DNA from: Alphaproteobacteria bacterium
GTDB taxonomy: Bacteria > Pseudomonadota > Alphaproteobacteria > GCA-2731375
Reading direction: 5' to 3'
Assembly: GCA_965232515.1 (NCBI GenBank)
Contig: CBDDPY010000002.1
Coordinates: 1,120,001-1,184,000, forward strand
DNA length: 64,000 bases
In this document: piece after piece, positions 20,034 through 29,214 of the stretch
How positions within the stretch are numbered: position 1 is the stretch's first letter
Layout of the letters: each line of letters starts with the position of its first letter
Position numbers and translations under genes: made by a program
Notes under the pieces: model-generated
The model's database searches: none
Told to the model about the DNA's origin: nothing
The model's input: only the letters and a program-made list of their open reading frames with translations

Positions 20034-21485
20034 TTATGCTTCTTCCATCGGAACCGGCGTGGCGCCCGGCGCGCCAACGGTCATTGCCGCCTCGCGTCCG
20101 CCGAAGCGCGCGACCAGCGCCGCCTGGTCTCGCTTCGCATGCGCATCGACCATTGCCGGATCGCAGATCTCGCGCAGCAACACGTCCATCTCAGCGACGA
20201 CGCCGGCATGAGCAGGGTCGTCGGCAAGATCGGTGGTCTCCTCAGGATCGGTTTGGAGGTCGAAGAGCTCCGGCTGGAAGCCCACGTAGTGGTGGTACTT
20301 CCAACGGCCCTTGCGCAGCATGAAAGCCCCGGACGGCGCGCCGATCGCATGGTATTCGCTAATGACCAGGCGCGTCGGCTCGTCCGGACCGCCGGCAAGT
20401 TCGAGCAACGACCTTCCTGGCTTTGTGGCGGCGTCCACCGGCGTAGGCAGGTCGAAGCTCTGCAGGATCGTCGGGTAGAGGTCGATCAGGCTGACCGGCG
20501 TGGTGCGGACGGCAGTTTCGATGCCGGGTCCGGCCATGATCATCGGGACCGCGACGGACTCCTGATAAAGGTTGGATTTTCCCCAAAGCCCGCGTGCGCC
20601 GACATTGTCGCCGTGATCGCTGGTGTAGATCACGCGCGTCGTCTCGGATAACCCGGTTTCGTCCAGCGTATCCAGCACCTGGCCGATATTGTGGTCGACC
20701 CAGCTGCAAAGTCCGTAGTAGGCGGCAACCGCCGTCAGGCGCTCCTCGTCGTCGCGAAAGGCGGCGTCATGGCTCCAGAACGCATCATGTGCCGTGATCC
20801 AGGGATGCCGTTCGTAGCCCGTGCGCGGATGCAGCTTCGGCAGACCGATCGTGTCCAAGGGATAGAGCTCGAAGAATTCCGGCGGAACGACTAGCGGAAA
20901 ATGTGGCGCGACGAAGCCGACGAACAGGCACCACGGTTGGCCGTCGCGCGCATCGGCACGCGCCTGCAGCCACGCGATCGCCCGGTCGGCGACTGAGCGG
21001 TCGTAACGCGTATAATTGGATTCGCCGGGCCCGATATGGTCGCCCAACATGCGATGGCCGTGGGGACGGCGGTCGGGCAGGGGGTCACGGATCGAGCCCC
21101 AGACCATGCCGTGCCCGTTGTAGATATGCATCGGGATGTGCTCGACGTCGAAGCCGGCATCGTCCTCGGCATTGCGGTAGTGCAGCTTGCCGATCGACTC
21201 GACCCGGATACCGGCATCCTGCAGCGCATGCCCCCAGCCGCGCACGCGACCGTCATAGGCGATGGCGTTGTCCCAATAACCGATCCGGTGAACATGGTCG
21301 CCCGTCGCGAACGCGGCCCTGGCCGGCACGCAAATCGAGCTCGGCGTATACGCGTTTGCGAACCGCGTGCCCCCGGCGGCCAGGCGGTCGAGATTTGGCG
21401 TTTTCACCATGGCATGGCCTGAGACGCCCATGTAACGCGGGTCGTGCTCGTCCGACATGATGATGACGAGGTTAGGCGGCGCCAT
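20034..21485 (-). CDS. Cys-type (formylglycine) sulfatase-family hydrolase, choline-sulfatase-like, cytoplasmic
   Basis: PNLVIIMSDEH, ICVPARAAFATG (CxPxR), GKLH, YTSDHG; no signal peptide. Confidence 0.9.
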   Translation of the reverse strand: MAPPNLVIIMSDEHDPRYMGVSGHAMVKTPNLDRLAAGGTRFANAYTPSSICVPARAAFATGDHVHRIGYWDNAIAYDGRVRGWGHALQDAGIRVESIGKLHYRNAEDDAGFDVEHIPMHIYNGHGMVWGSIRDPLPDRRPHGHRMLGDHIGPGESNYTRYDRSVADRAIAWLQARADARDGQPWCLFVGFVAPHFPLVVPPEFFELYPLDTIGLPKLHPRTGYERHPWITAHDAFWSHDAAFRDDEERLTAVAAYYGLCSWVDHNIGQVLDTLDETGLSETTRVIYTSDHGDNVGARGLWGKSNLYQESVAVPMIMAGPGIETAVRTTPVSLIDLYPTILQSFDLPTPVDAATKPGRSLLELAGGPDEPTRLVISEYHAIGAPSGAFMLRKGRWKYHHYVGFQPELFDLQTDPEETTDLADDPAHAGVVAEMDVLLREICDPAMVDAHAKRDQAALVARFGGREAAMTVGAPGATPVPMEEA

Positions 21486-21984
21486 CGCGAACGTCTCGCG
21501 CGTTCCAGCTGTCGATCGCGCCGTGAAGCTGGTCGATGATCCGGTAGGTCGCCGCGCGATCCTCGGGACTGAGTGCGGCCAACAGGTGCCGCTGTCGCTT
21601 GCGCATCACCGGCAGGATCTTCTTTGCCTGCCGCTCACCCGTCTTGGTCAACGACGCAACGACCGTGCGCCGGTCGTCCTGGGGCCGCATCGTCAGCACG
21701 AAACCCTTGTCCGTCAGACTGCCCAGCGAGCGGCTGATCAACCCCTTGTCCATAGCCGACAGCTCCGCCATCCGCGCGACCGAAATCGGGCCGTTCGCGA
21801 GCAACAGTCCCATGCAGCGCCATTCGGGCAGCCGCAAGTCGGCTTCGCGCGACAGGATCTTCGTCGCCTGCCGGTTCAGCCGGTTGGTGAGCGTCAGCAG
21901 CCGGTAGGTCAGAAAATTCTGCAGCGGCAGATCGTCAAGCGAACCCGCTGGGCTCTCGTTGGGCTCCGCGCGTTTCGGGGGCAT
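21472..21984 (-). CDS. MarR family transcriptional regulator
   Basis: LPEWR, MDKGLISR HTH, DDRR...LTKTG wing; overlaps the sulfatase start. Confidence 0.9.
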   Translation of the reverse strand: MPPKRAEPNESPAGSLDDLPLQNFLTYRLLTLTNRLNRQATKILSREADLRLPEWRCMGLLLANGPISVARMAELSAMDKGLISRSLGSLTDKGFVLTMRPQDDRRTVVASLTKTGERQAKKILPVMRKRQRHLLAALSPEDRAATYRIIDQLHGAIDSWNARDVRDGAA

Positions 21985-22006
21985 AGGTTCACCGCACTCG
22001 AAATTT

Positions 22007-22034
22007 ATTGACTAATCAATTATTGACAGATCAA
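22007..22034. promoter_or_regulatory. Tandem operator (TTGA-N4-TCAA x2), probable MarR binding site
   Basis: ATTGA-CTAA-TCAAT (22007-22020) and TTGA-CAGA-TCAA (22023-22034), 15 bp apart, in the divergent intergenic region. Confidence 0.7.
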
Positions 22035-22103
22035 CAAATAATGCGCAAGCTTTACATAACAACAAAGCCGGCTGTGTCCGGTGGAAGGCAGGGAGGAAAC
22101 ACC

Positions 22104-23054
22104 ATGCGACGTTCTGCAACCACGTTCGCCGCGCTCTTGTTTGGCTGCATCGCCTATGCGGCGCCGGCTCTCGCCGAATGGCAGCCGTCGGGACCGATCA
22201 AGATGATGATCGCGTTCCGCGCCGGGGGCGGTGCCGACACGCAGGCGCGTCTGATCGCCGAAGAACTTGAGGCCCGGAAGGGCTGGAAGATCATTCCCGA
22301 AAACGTCACCGGCAAGGGCGGCGCCAACATGGCCAATGTCCTGAAGAAGGAACCGGCCGATGGTCTCAGCATCGGCATGGCGGTGATCGAGACGTTCGTC
22401 TACAACACGCTGGCCAATCCCAAGATTGGCTACGCGACCAAGGACTTCACCTATATCACCACCACGGCGCCGACCCAGATGGGCATCGTCGCGCGCGCGG
22501 ACAAGGGTTGGAAGTCGCTCGACGATCTGGTGGCCGCAGCCAAGTCCGGCCGGAAGGTCTCGGTCTCGGCCATGTCGCCCCGGCTGGCCGACGGCGTCTA
22601 TATGATCAGCCAGCACTACGGCATCGACCTGAACACCGTGATGGTCAAGGGTGGTAAGGGCTCGATGAACGCCATCATGGCCGGCGATGTGGACGCCGGC
22701 TGGGTCGCCGGCATTCAAGCCAAGGGCGTGAAGTCGGGCGATCTTGTGAACCTGGCCTCGGGTGAAGGCGAACGACTCGCCATGTCGCCAGATGCCGCCA
22801 CGCTCAGCGAACTCGGCATGCCCTTCGCGTTCGGCGCCACTTTCGCCTTTGTCGGCCCTTCTGGCATGCCGGCCGATGCTCGCAACACAATCGCCACGGC
22901 TGTCGCCGAGATCTTGAACGATCCCGAGACCAAGGCCGCAAAGATGATCAGCAAAGCCTTCGGTCCGCCGCTCGTTCTCGCCGGCAGCGATTTCGACAAC
23001 ATGGTTGAGCGCGCCGTCGAGCAGGATCAGGCGCTGCTGAAGGCGACCGAATAG
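22104..23054 (+). CDS. tctC: Tripartite tricarboxylate transporter substrate-binding protein (TctC/Bug)
   Basis: Sec signal, FRAGGGADTQAR, ENVTGKGG, PADG; GGGAGG RBS. Confidence 0.85.
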   Translation: MRRSATTFAALLFGCIAYAAPALAEWQPSGPIKMMIAFRAGGGADTQARLIAEELEARKGWKIIPENVTGKGGANMANVLKKEPADGLSIGMAVIETFVYNTLANPKIGYATKDFTYITTTAPTQMGIVARADKGWKSLDDLVAAAKSGRKVSVSAMSPRLADGVYMISQHYGIDLNTVMVKGGKGSMNAIMAGDVDAGWVAGIQAKGVKSGDLVNLASGEGERLAMSPDAATLSELGMPFAFGATFAFVGPSGMPADARNTIATAVAEILNDPETKAAKMISKAFGPPLVLAGSDFDNMVERAVEQDQALLKATE

Positions 23055-23099
23055 ACCAGAGGATCGCCAAAAGCGCCGACGGCAGAAGTCATCGGGCCG

Positions 23100-23684
23100 A
23101 TGCGAAGCATCCACTGGAACCTGACCCTCGGTCTGATCTTCACGGCCTTCGCGCTGTTGACGCTGCTGGTCTGGATCCCGAACGACATCGAAACCGGCAT
23201 CGTCGAGAAGGTACGCCGGCGGGTCGAAGTAGGCGATGCCATGTTCCCGGTCGTGATCGCGACGGCGTTGCTGGTCGTCAGTGCGCTCCTGGCCATCGCA
23301 TCGGCATGGGACATGCGGCGAGGCGAAGCCGAGGACGGCGACGGGCGGTTGACGCTCGAGAACGGCCGGCATCTGATCTGGCTTATCGCTGTCATCGCCA
23401 TCAGCCTCGCGTTGATGGTCTGGACGGGTCCGGTGGTCGTGACGGCTTTCAACGCCTTCGGCGCCGATCTCGGCAGCTATCGCGAGCTGCGCGACACCGT
23501 ACCCTACAAGTACCTTGGCTTCGTCCTGGGTGGCCTGTTTCTGGTCGTCGGCCTGATTGCGGCGATCGAAGGACGGCCCGGCCTGACGGCCGTCATGACG
23601 GCCGCCGGTACCGTCGCCGCGCTGATCCTGCTTTACGATCTGCCGTTCGACGATCTGCTGCTGCCGCCGAACGGTGACCAATGA
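23100..23684 (+). CDS. TTT small membrane subunit (TctB-like)
   Basis: About five hydrophobic segments, between tctC and tctA; C-terminal LP motif. Confidence 0.7.
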   Translation: MRSIHWNLTLGLIFTAFALLTLLVWIPNDIETGIVEKVRRRVEVGDAMFPVVIATALLVVSALLAIASAWDMRRGEAEDGDGRLTLENGRHLIWLIAVIAISLALMVWTGPVVVTAFNAFGADLGSYRELRDTVPYKYLGFVLGGLFLVVGLIAAIEGRPGLTAVMTAAGTVAALILLYDLPFDDLLLPPNGDQ

Positions 23685-25273
23685 GCACCGTGCTGGACTA
23701 TGTCTGGCTCGGTGTCTTGGAGGTCTTCGCCGCCGCGCCCGTCGCCACCGTCTTCGGCCTGCCGATTTCGATCACCATTGTCATGGTTCTGGCGGGATTC
23801 CTGGGCGGCATCGTGGTCGGCGCGACGCCGGGCCTCAGCGGGCCGTTCGCCATGGCGGTGTCGCTGCCGATCCTGATCTCGGTGTTCGGCGTCAACGTCG
23901 ATGCGGCGCTGCCGGTCATGGGGTTCCTGATCGGCGTGATGAAAGGCGCGACGATCGGCGGCGCGGTGCCGGCCATCCTGTTCAACACGCCCGGCACGCC
24001 GGACGCGTTGCTGACCACGTTCGACGGCTATCCAATGACCCGGAAGGGGCAGGGCGGCAAAGCGCTGCGCGTCGCCCATTTCTCTTCGGCTTCGGGCGAC
24101 ACGTTCTCTGACATCGTGCTCTTCACGACAGCGCCGTTCCTGGCCGTGATGGTGGAGTCCTATCTCGGCTTCGCGGAGAAGGCGGCATTGATCATCCTGT
24201 CACTGTCGTTCATTGCGGCCGTTGTCGGCAGTTCGGTCCTGAAGGGCCTGCTGGCGGCGCTGTTCGGCATGTTTCTGGCGCTGATCGCGAACGGCGAAGA
24301 CCTCTATCCGCGTCTGACTCTCGGCACCGACGCGCTGCGACAGGGCTTCCCGCTGACCTCGGCCGTGCTCGGCGTGCTGATCCTGGGCGAGATCTTCAAG
24401 GCGCTGGAGGACATGGCCCGCGAACGCCGACAACGCGACGCCATTGCCCAGATCAAGCCCAGCGGCGACAACCGGCTTCATTTCGCCGACATCAGACGAC
24501 TACTGCCGTTTGTCGGCATGTCGTCCGCTATCGGCACGATGATCGGCGCCATGCCGGGTATCGGATCGACGCTGGCCGCGACCATGGGCTATTCGCTTGG
24601 CAAGAACATCTCGAAACGTCCGCAGGACTTCGGCACCGGCATACCCGAGGGCGTCGCCGCCACCGAGGCCGCCAACTCGTCCGTTTCCGGCGCCAATCTG
24701 ATCCCCGTGCTCAGTCTCGGCATTCCCGGCAACGTCGCGGCGATCTTCCTGATCCTGGCGACCGAGAGTATCGGCGGCTTCAACCCGGGTCCGTCGGTGT
24801 TCAAGTTCGACCCGGTCGAGGTGAACCACGAGCTGGTCATCGCCTTCGGCCTGTTCACCACCATGGTTATCGCGAACCTCTTCAACTGGACCATCGGCGG
24901 TCTGTTCATGCGCGCGACCGGCGTCATGGTGCGCATTCCAAAGCAATACCTTCTGCCGGCCGTGCTGTTGCTGACGCTGACCTCGATCTATGTCGAGAGC
25001 ACGAACATGATGGCGATCTACATCGCGATCGCCTTCGGACTGCTGGGCTATGCGATGCGCCGGCTGAACATCTCCGTGCTGCCGTTCGTCATCGCCTTCA
25101 TCCTGGCAAACAACCTGGAGGAGGGCATCCGCCGCGCCTTCAGCGTGTCCGGCAACGATCCCTGGTTCTTCCTCGACAGTCCGATCTCACTGACCTTTTT
25201 CGCCATGATCGGGCTGGTGATCTACTTCTTCGGCTATCGCGCGAAGAAGCGCGAACAGCGTCTGGCGGACTGA
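23681..25273 (+). CDS. tctA: TTT large membrane subunit (TctA)
   Basis: GATPGL, AILFNTPGTP, DGYPMTRKG, GVAATEAAN, LSLGIPG. Confidence 0.9.
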   Translation: MSTVLDYVWLGVLEVFAAAPVATVFGLPISITIVMVLAGFLGGIVVGATPGLSGPFAMAVSLPILISVFGVNVDAALPVMGFLIGVMKGATIGGAVPAILFNTPGTPDALLTTFDGYPMTRKGQGGKALRVAHFSSASGDTFSDIVLFTTAPFLAVMVESYLGFAEKAALIILSLSFIAAVVGSSVLKGLLAALFGMFLALIANGEDLYPRLTLGTDALRQGFPLTSAVLGVLILGEIFKALEDMARERRQRDAIAQIKPSGDNRLHFADIRRLLPFVGMSSAIGTMIGAMPGIGSTLAATMGYSLGKNISKRPQDFGTGIPEGVAATEAANSSVSGANLIPVLSLGIPGNVAAIFLILATESIGGFNPGPSVFKFDPVEVNHELVIAFGLFTTMVIANLFNWTIGGLFMRATGVMVRIPKQYLLPAVLLLTLTSIYVESTNMMAIYIAIAFGLLGYAMRRLNISVLPFVIAFILANNLEEGIRRAFSVSGNDPWFFLDSPISLTFFAMIGLVIYFFGYRAKKREQRLAD

Positions 25274-25274
25274 C

Positions 25275-26807
25275 ATGACCCGACCGAACATTCTGCTCAT
25301 CACCTCGGACCAGCAGCGCGGCGACTGCTTCGGCTTCGAAGGCCGCCGCGTAAAGACGCCGCATCTCGACCAACTGGCGGCCGACGGCACACGTTTCTCG
25401 GCCTGCATCACGCCGAACGTGGTCTGCCAGCCGTCGCGGGCGTCGATCCTGACCGGCCAGCTGCCCCTGACGCACGGCGTGCACGACAACGGTATCGATC
25501 TCGATCCGGCGGTCGGCGGCAAGGGTTTCGCGGGCACGTTGTCTTCCGCCGGCTACGACACCCGCTTCATCGGCAAGGCGCATTTCGCGACCTATCACAC
25601 GTTCGAACCCACGGGCACGCCGGAATGTCTGCGCAGCTCGGCGAACTACGACGCGGATTGGTCCGGGCCCTATATGGGCTTCGAGACCGTCGAGCTGATG
25701 CTGGTCGGCCACAACTGGTTCCTGCCCGAGAAACCAACTGGCGGGCAGCATTACGAACGCTGGTACCATGCCGACGGCCAGGGCGACGACAGGAACCGGC
25801 TCTACCAGACCGCGCTGCCGCCCGTCAGCGACGCCGCGCAGACCTTCCACTCGGCGCTGCCGCCGGCCTGGCACAACTCGACCTGGGTCGGCGACCGTAC
25901 CATCGCTTACCTGCGCGACGCGGCCAAGGCCGACCGGCCATTCTGTGTCTGGGCCTCGTTCCCGGACCCGCATCATCCCTTCGATGCGCCCGATCCCTGG
26001 AGCCGCATGCACCATCCCGACGAAGTCGATCTGCCGCCGCATCGCAGCCGCGATCTCGACCGCCGGCCATGGTGGCACCGCGCGGCGCTGGAGAACGAAC
26101 CGAAGGGCGCCGGCGACTTCGCGGAGGTGCGCAAGAGCTACAGCCGCATTCCGCCGCAGACCGACGCGCAGCTGCGCGACCTGATCGCCAACTACTACGG
26201 CCAGATCTCGTTGATCGATCACAATATCGGACGCATCCTGATCGCGCTCGCCGAGACCGGCCTCGACGCCGACACGCTCGTGATCTTCACGTCAGACCAT
26301 GGCGACTGGCTCGGCGACCACGGGCTGATCCTGAAGGGCCCGATGCACTACGAGGGGCTGCTGCGGGTCGGCCTGATCGCGCGTGGGCCCGGTGTGTCGG
26401 TTGGCGGCATCGTCGACGAACCGGTCTCCACCCTCGACCTCGGCGCGACGTTCTACGACTACGCCGGCGCCGACGCGCTACTGCCGCAACACGGACGCTC
26501 GCTCCGACCGCTCTTGCAAGGCGCCACCGAGACCCGCGACTACGCCCTCAACGAATGGGAGCTGCTGCCGTCGCGCGCCGGCGTCCAGCTCTCGCTGCGC
26601 ACCGTGCGCACGAAGACCCACAAGCTGACTCTCGACCTTCGGTCGGACGAGGGCGAACTCTACGATCTCGCCAACGATCCCTTCGAACTGGAGAACCGTT
26701 ACCACGACCCAGCCTACGCCTCGACGCGCCGCGAACTCGCCGCGATGATCGAGGCGCGGCCCGACGACGCCCGCGCCGAGCTCAGCACGCAGGTCGGTGC
26801 CGCCTAG
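25275..26807 (+). CDS. Cys-type sulfatase-family hydrolase, cytoplasmic
   Basis: RPNILLITSDQQR, VCQPSRASILTG (CxPxR), GKAH, DPHHP, FTSDHG; no signal peptide. Confidence 0.9.
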   Translation: MTRPNILLITSDQQRGDCFGFEGRRVKTPHLDQLAADGTRFSACITPNVVCQPSRASILTGQLPLTHGVHDNGIDLDPAVGGKGFAGTLSSAGYDTRFIGKAHFATYHTFEPTGTPECLRSSANYDADWSGPYMGFETVELMLVGHNWFLPEKPTGGQHYERWYHADGQGDDRNRLYQTALPPVSDAAQTFHSALPPAWHNSTWVGDRTIAYLRDAAKADRPFCVWASFPDPHHPFDAPDPWSRMHHPDEVDLPPHRSRDLDRRPWWHRAALENEPKGAGDFAEVRKSYSRIPPQTDAQLRDLIANYYGQISLIDHNIGRILIALAETGLDADTLVIFTSDHGDWLGDHGLILKGPMHYEGLLRVGLIARGPGVSVGGIVDEPVSTLDLGATFYDYAGADALLPQHGRSLRPLLQGATETRDYALNEWELLPSRAGVQLSLRTVRTKTHKLTLDLRSDEGELYDLANDPFELENRYHDPAYASTRRELAAMIEARPDDARAELSTQVGAA

Positions 26808-26926
26808 TCCGTCCCAGAATTGTCACGACGCGGATGTGGGCGACCTCACAATCATGGCATCGAGCGCACGTAAAATGCCGTCTCTATTGGGCCGCATGCT
26901 GGTCGGCCGACATCAGAGAGGGCGAC

Positions 26927-27673
26927 ATGAAGCAGCGGATCATTCGGTTCAGCGCTATGGCAATGGTGGCGGTGTTGGCCGCATCAAGCGCCTGGGCCGA
27001 CATCGTCGTACCCGGCGATTTAGCCGATATGGAAGCGAACGAAGGCAACAGCTTCCCCTTCAACATCGCCATGTCCGGCTTCGACTCGCAGCGCTATCAG
27101 CAGGTCTACGATGCTTCCGAGTTCGGTATGGATCCGCTCAGCATCTCGGGCCTGATGTTCCGCCCGGACACGCTGGCTGGCGACCCATTCGACACGATGA
27201 TCTCGAACGTGGAAATCCGGTTGTCAACGACACCGCAGCCGGTCGACGGTTTGAGCCTGACGTTTGCAAACAATGTCGGCGCGGACGAGGTCACCGTGTT
27301 CTCGGGCGCGCTGTCGCTGTCGAGCGCCGATACGGGCGTGAACCTGCCCGGCGTGCCACGGGACTTCGACATCGGCATCGCCTTCGATACCGACTTCACA
27401 TACGACCCGACGTTGGGCAACCTGCTACTCGATATCTCGGTGTTCGAAAGCGCGTCGACGACAGCGTTTGACGCCGCTTTCGTCGGCGACGACACGACGT
27501 CGCGGGTTTTCACGACAATCAGCGGCGCAATCTCACCGACGGCCGACATGGCCGATGTGACGGGCCTCGTGACGAAATTCGTCACGACGGACGTCCCGGA
27601 GCCGGGCGGTCTGACGCTCCTGGCCCTCGGCCTCGCCGGGCTCGGCTTCGCGCGCCGCCGGTCTAGAGCTTGA
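26927..27673 (+). CDS. PEP-CTERM sorting domain surface protein
   Basis: Sec signal (MKQRIIRF...SSAWA-D), acidic S/T-rich body, C-terminal VPEPGGLTLLALGLAGLGFARRR; GAGAGGG RBS. This is the real part of the 25625..27673 ORF. Confidence 0.88.
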   Translation: MKQRIIRFSAMAMVAVLAASSAWADIVVPGDLADMEANEGNSFPFNIAMSGFDSQRYQQVYDASEFGMDPLSISGLMFRPDTLAGDPFDTMISNVEIRLSTTPQPVDGLSLTFANNVGADEVTVFSGALSLSSADTGVNLPGVPRDFDIGIAFDTDFTYDPTLGNLLLDISVFESASTTAFDAAFVGDDTTSRVFTTISGAISPTADMADVTGLVTKFVTTDVPEPGGLTLLALGLAGLGFARRRSRA

Positions 27674-29174
27674 TGCAGACGTTCCTGAGCTCGGTATAGA
27701 ACTCCAGCGAGTGCAGACCGCCCTCACGGCCGATGCCGGACTGCTTCGACCCGCCGAAGGGCGTGCGCAGGTCGCGCAGGAACCAGCTGTTGACCCAGCA
27801 GATGCCGACATCGATTTGCGCCGCTACCCTGTGCGCGCGGGACAGGTTCTCCGTCCAGACGCTGCAGGCGAGGCCATAGGGCGAGTCGTTGGCCAGCGCC
27901 ACGGCCTCGGCCTCGTCGTCGAACGGCCTGACGTGACAGCAGGGCCCGAAGATCTCCTCCCGCACCACGGCTGACTCGTCGGGCAGGCCGGTCCAGATCG
28001 TCGGCTCGACCCAGGCGCCGCCGGCGAGCTCGTCGGGCATCTCTGGCACGCCGCCGCCGGTCACCACTGTGGCGCCATCCTCGACCGCACGCCGGTAATA
28101 GGACAGCACCTTGTCGCGGTGCTCCTGGCTGATCAGCGGCCCCAGCTCCGTCGCGGGGTCTTCCGGCGGACCGAGCGACAGCGCCTCGGCGCCGGCCTTC
28201 AACCGTTCAACAAACGCATCGAAGATCGGCCGCTCGACATAGACCCGCTCAGTGCCTAGGCAGACCTGGCCGCAATTGGCGAACACCGAGCGCATGGTGC
28301 CCTCGATCGCCTTATCGAGATCGCAATCGGCGAAGACCAGCGCCGGGTTCTTGCCGCCGAGCTCGAACGAAACGTCGCGCACGCCGACGGCGGCGGCCTG
28401 CATGATGGCCTCGCCGGTGCGCGTCTCGCCGGTAAACGTGATCGCATCTACGCCCGAATGCCGGGTCAGGAACTCGCCGGCCGAGTCCGGACCGAAACCG
28501 TGCACCACGTTGAAAACGCCGTTCGGTACGCCGACCTCGTTCATCACCTCGCCCAGCAGGGCCGTGGTGCTCGGCGTTTCCTCCGACGGCTTGACCACCA
28601 CCGTGTTGCCGCAGGCGAGCGCCGGCCCGACCTTCCAGGTCATCAGCAGCAGCGGCAGGTTCCAGGGGCTGATTACGCCGATCACGCCCTTCGGTACCCG
28701 CAGCGCATAGTTGATCGCGCCCGTACCGTCAGGCGTCGGCTGCGTGAAGAACTCGGCCCCGACGTTGCGGATCATGTCGGCGAAGACCTTGAAGTTTGCC
28801 GCGCCGCGCGGAATATCGATGTGCGAGGCCAAGCTGACCGGCTTGCCGGTGTCGCCGATCTCGGCGGCCAGGAAATCGTCGAACCGCGCGTTGATGCCGT
28901 CCACAAGTCGACAGAGCAGATCGGCCCGGTCCGGCACGCTCATCTGGCCCCAGGGGCCGGTGAGGGCGGCACGCGCGGCGCGCACCGCAACATCGACCTC
29001 CGCACGGCCCGCTTCATGCACCAGCGCGATCAGCCGGCCGTCGACGGGACTGCGGTTCTCGAACAGCTTGCCGCTGCCGCCGCTGGTATATGCGCCATCG
29101 ATGAAGTGGCTGATGTACCGGTCTTCCGGCCGCACTCCGGGTGCCGCCGCGGATGGCGCAGCGCTTGTCGTCAT
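27663..29174 (-). CDS. dmpC: 2-hydroxymuconic semialdehyde dehydrogenase
   Basis: ALDH motifs SPWNLPLLLMTWK, FTGETRTG, ELGGKN, NCGQVC, EEIFGP, NSWFLRDLRTPFGG; follows the catechol dioxygenase gene. Confidence 0.92.
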   Translation of the reverse strand: MTTSAAPSAAAPGVRPEDRYISHFIDGAYTSGGSGKLFENRSPVDGRLIALVHEAGRAEVDVAVRAARAALTGPWGQMSVPDRADLLCRLVDGINARFDDFLAAEIGDTGKPVSLASHIDIPRGAANFKVFADMIRNVGAEFFTQPTPDGTGAINYALRVPKGVIGVISPWNLPLLLMTWKVGPALACGNTVVVKPSEETPSTTALLGEVMNEVGVPNGVFNVVHGFGPDSAGEFLTRHSGVDAITFTGETRTGEAIMQAAAVGVRDVSFELGGKNPALVFADCDLDKAIEGTMRSVFANCGQVCLGTERVYVERPIFDAFVERLKAGAEALSLGPPEDPATELGPLISQEHRDKVLSYYRRAVEDGATVVTGGGVPEMPDELAGGAWVEPTIWTGLPDESAVVREEIFGPCCHVRPFDDEAEAVALANDSPYGLACSVWTENLSRAHRVAAQIDVGICWVNSWFLRDLRTPFGGSKQSGIGREGGLHSLEFYTELRNVCIKL

Positions 29175-29214
29175 ATCGTATCTCCCTCGCGCGGGCGTCA
29201 CCGCCCGCCGACAA

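Noticed and set aside
22020-23681. 553-aa minus-strand ORF
   Set aside because: Antisense shadow of tctC and tctB.
26835-26850. TGT-N10-ACA enhancer-like motif before the PEP-CTERM gene
   Set aside because: Short motif, and I found no correctly spaced sigma54 GG-N10-GC promoter downstream.
25625-26926. N-terminal 434 aa of the 682-aa ORF, an apparent fusion to PEP-CTERM
   Set aside because: Arg-rich alternative frame overlapping the sulfatase; the real gene starts at 26927 with its own RBS and signal peptide.
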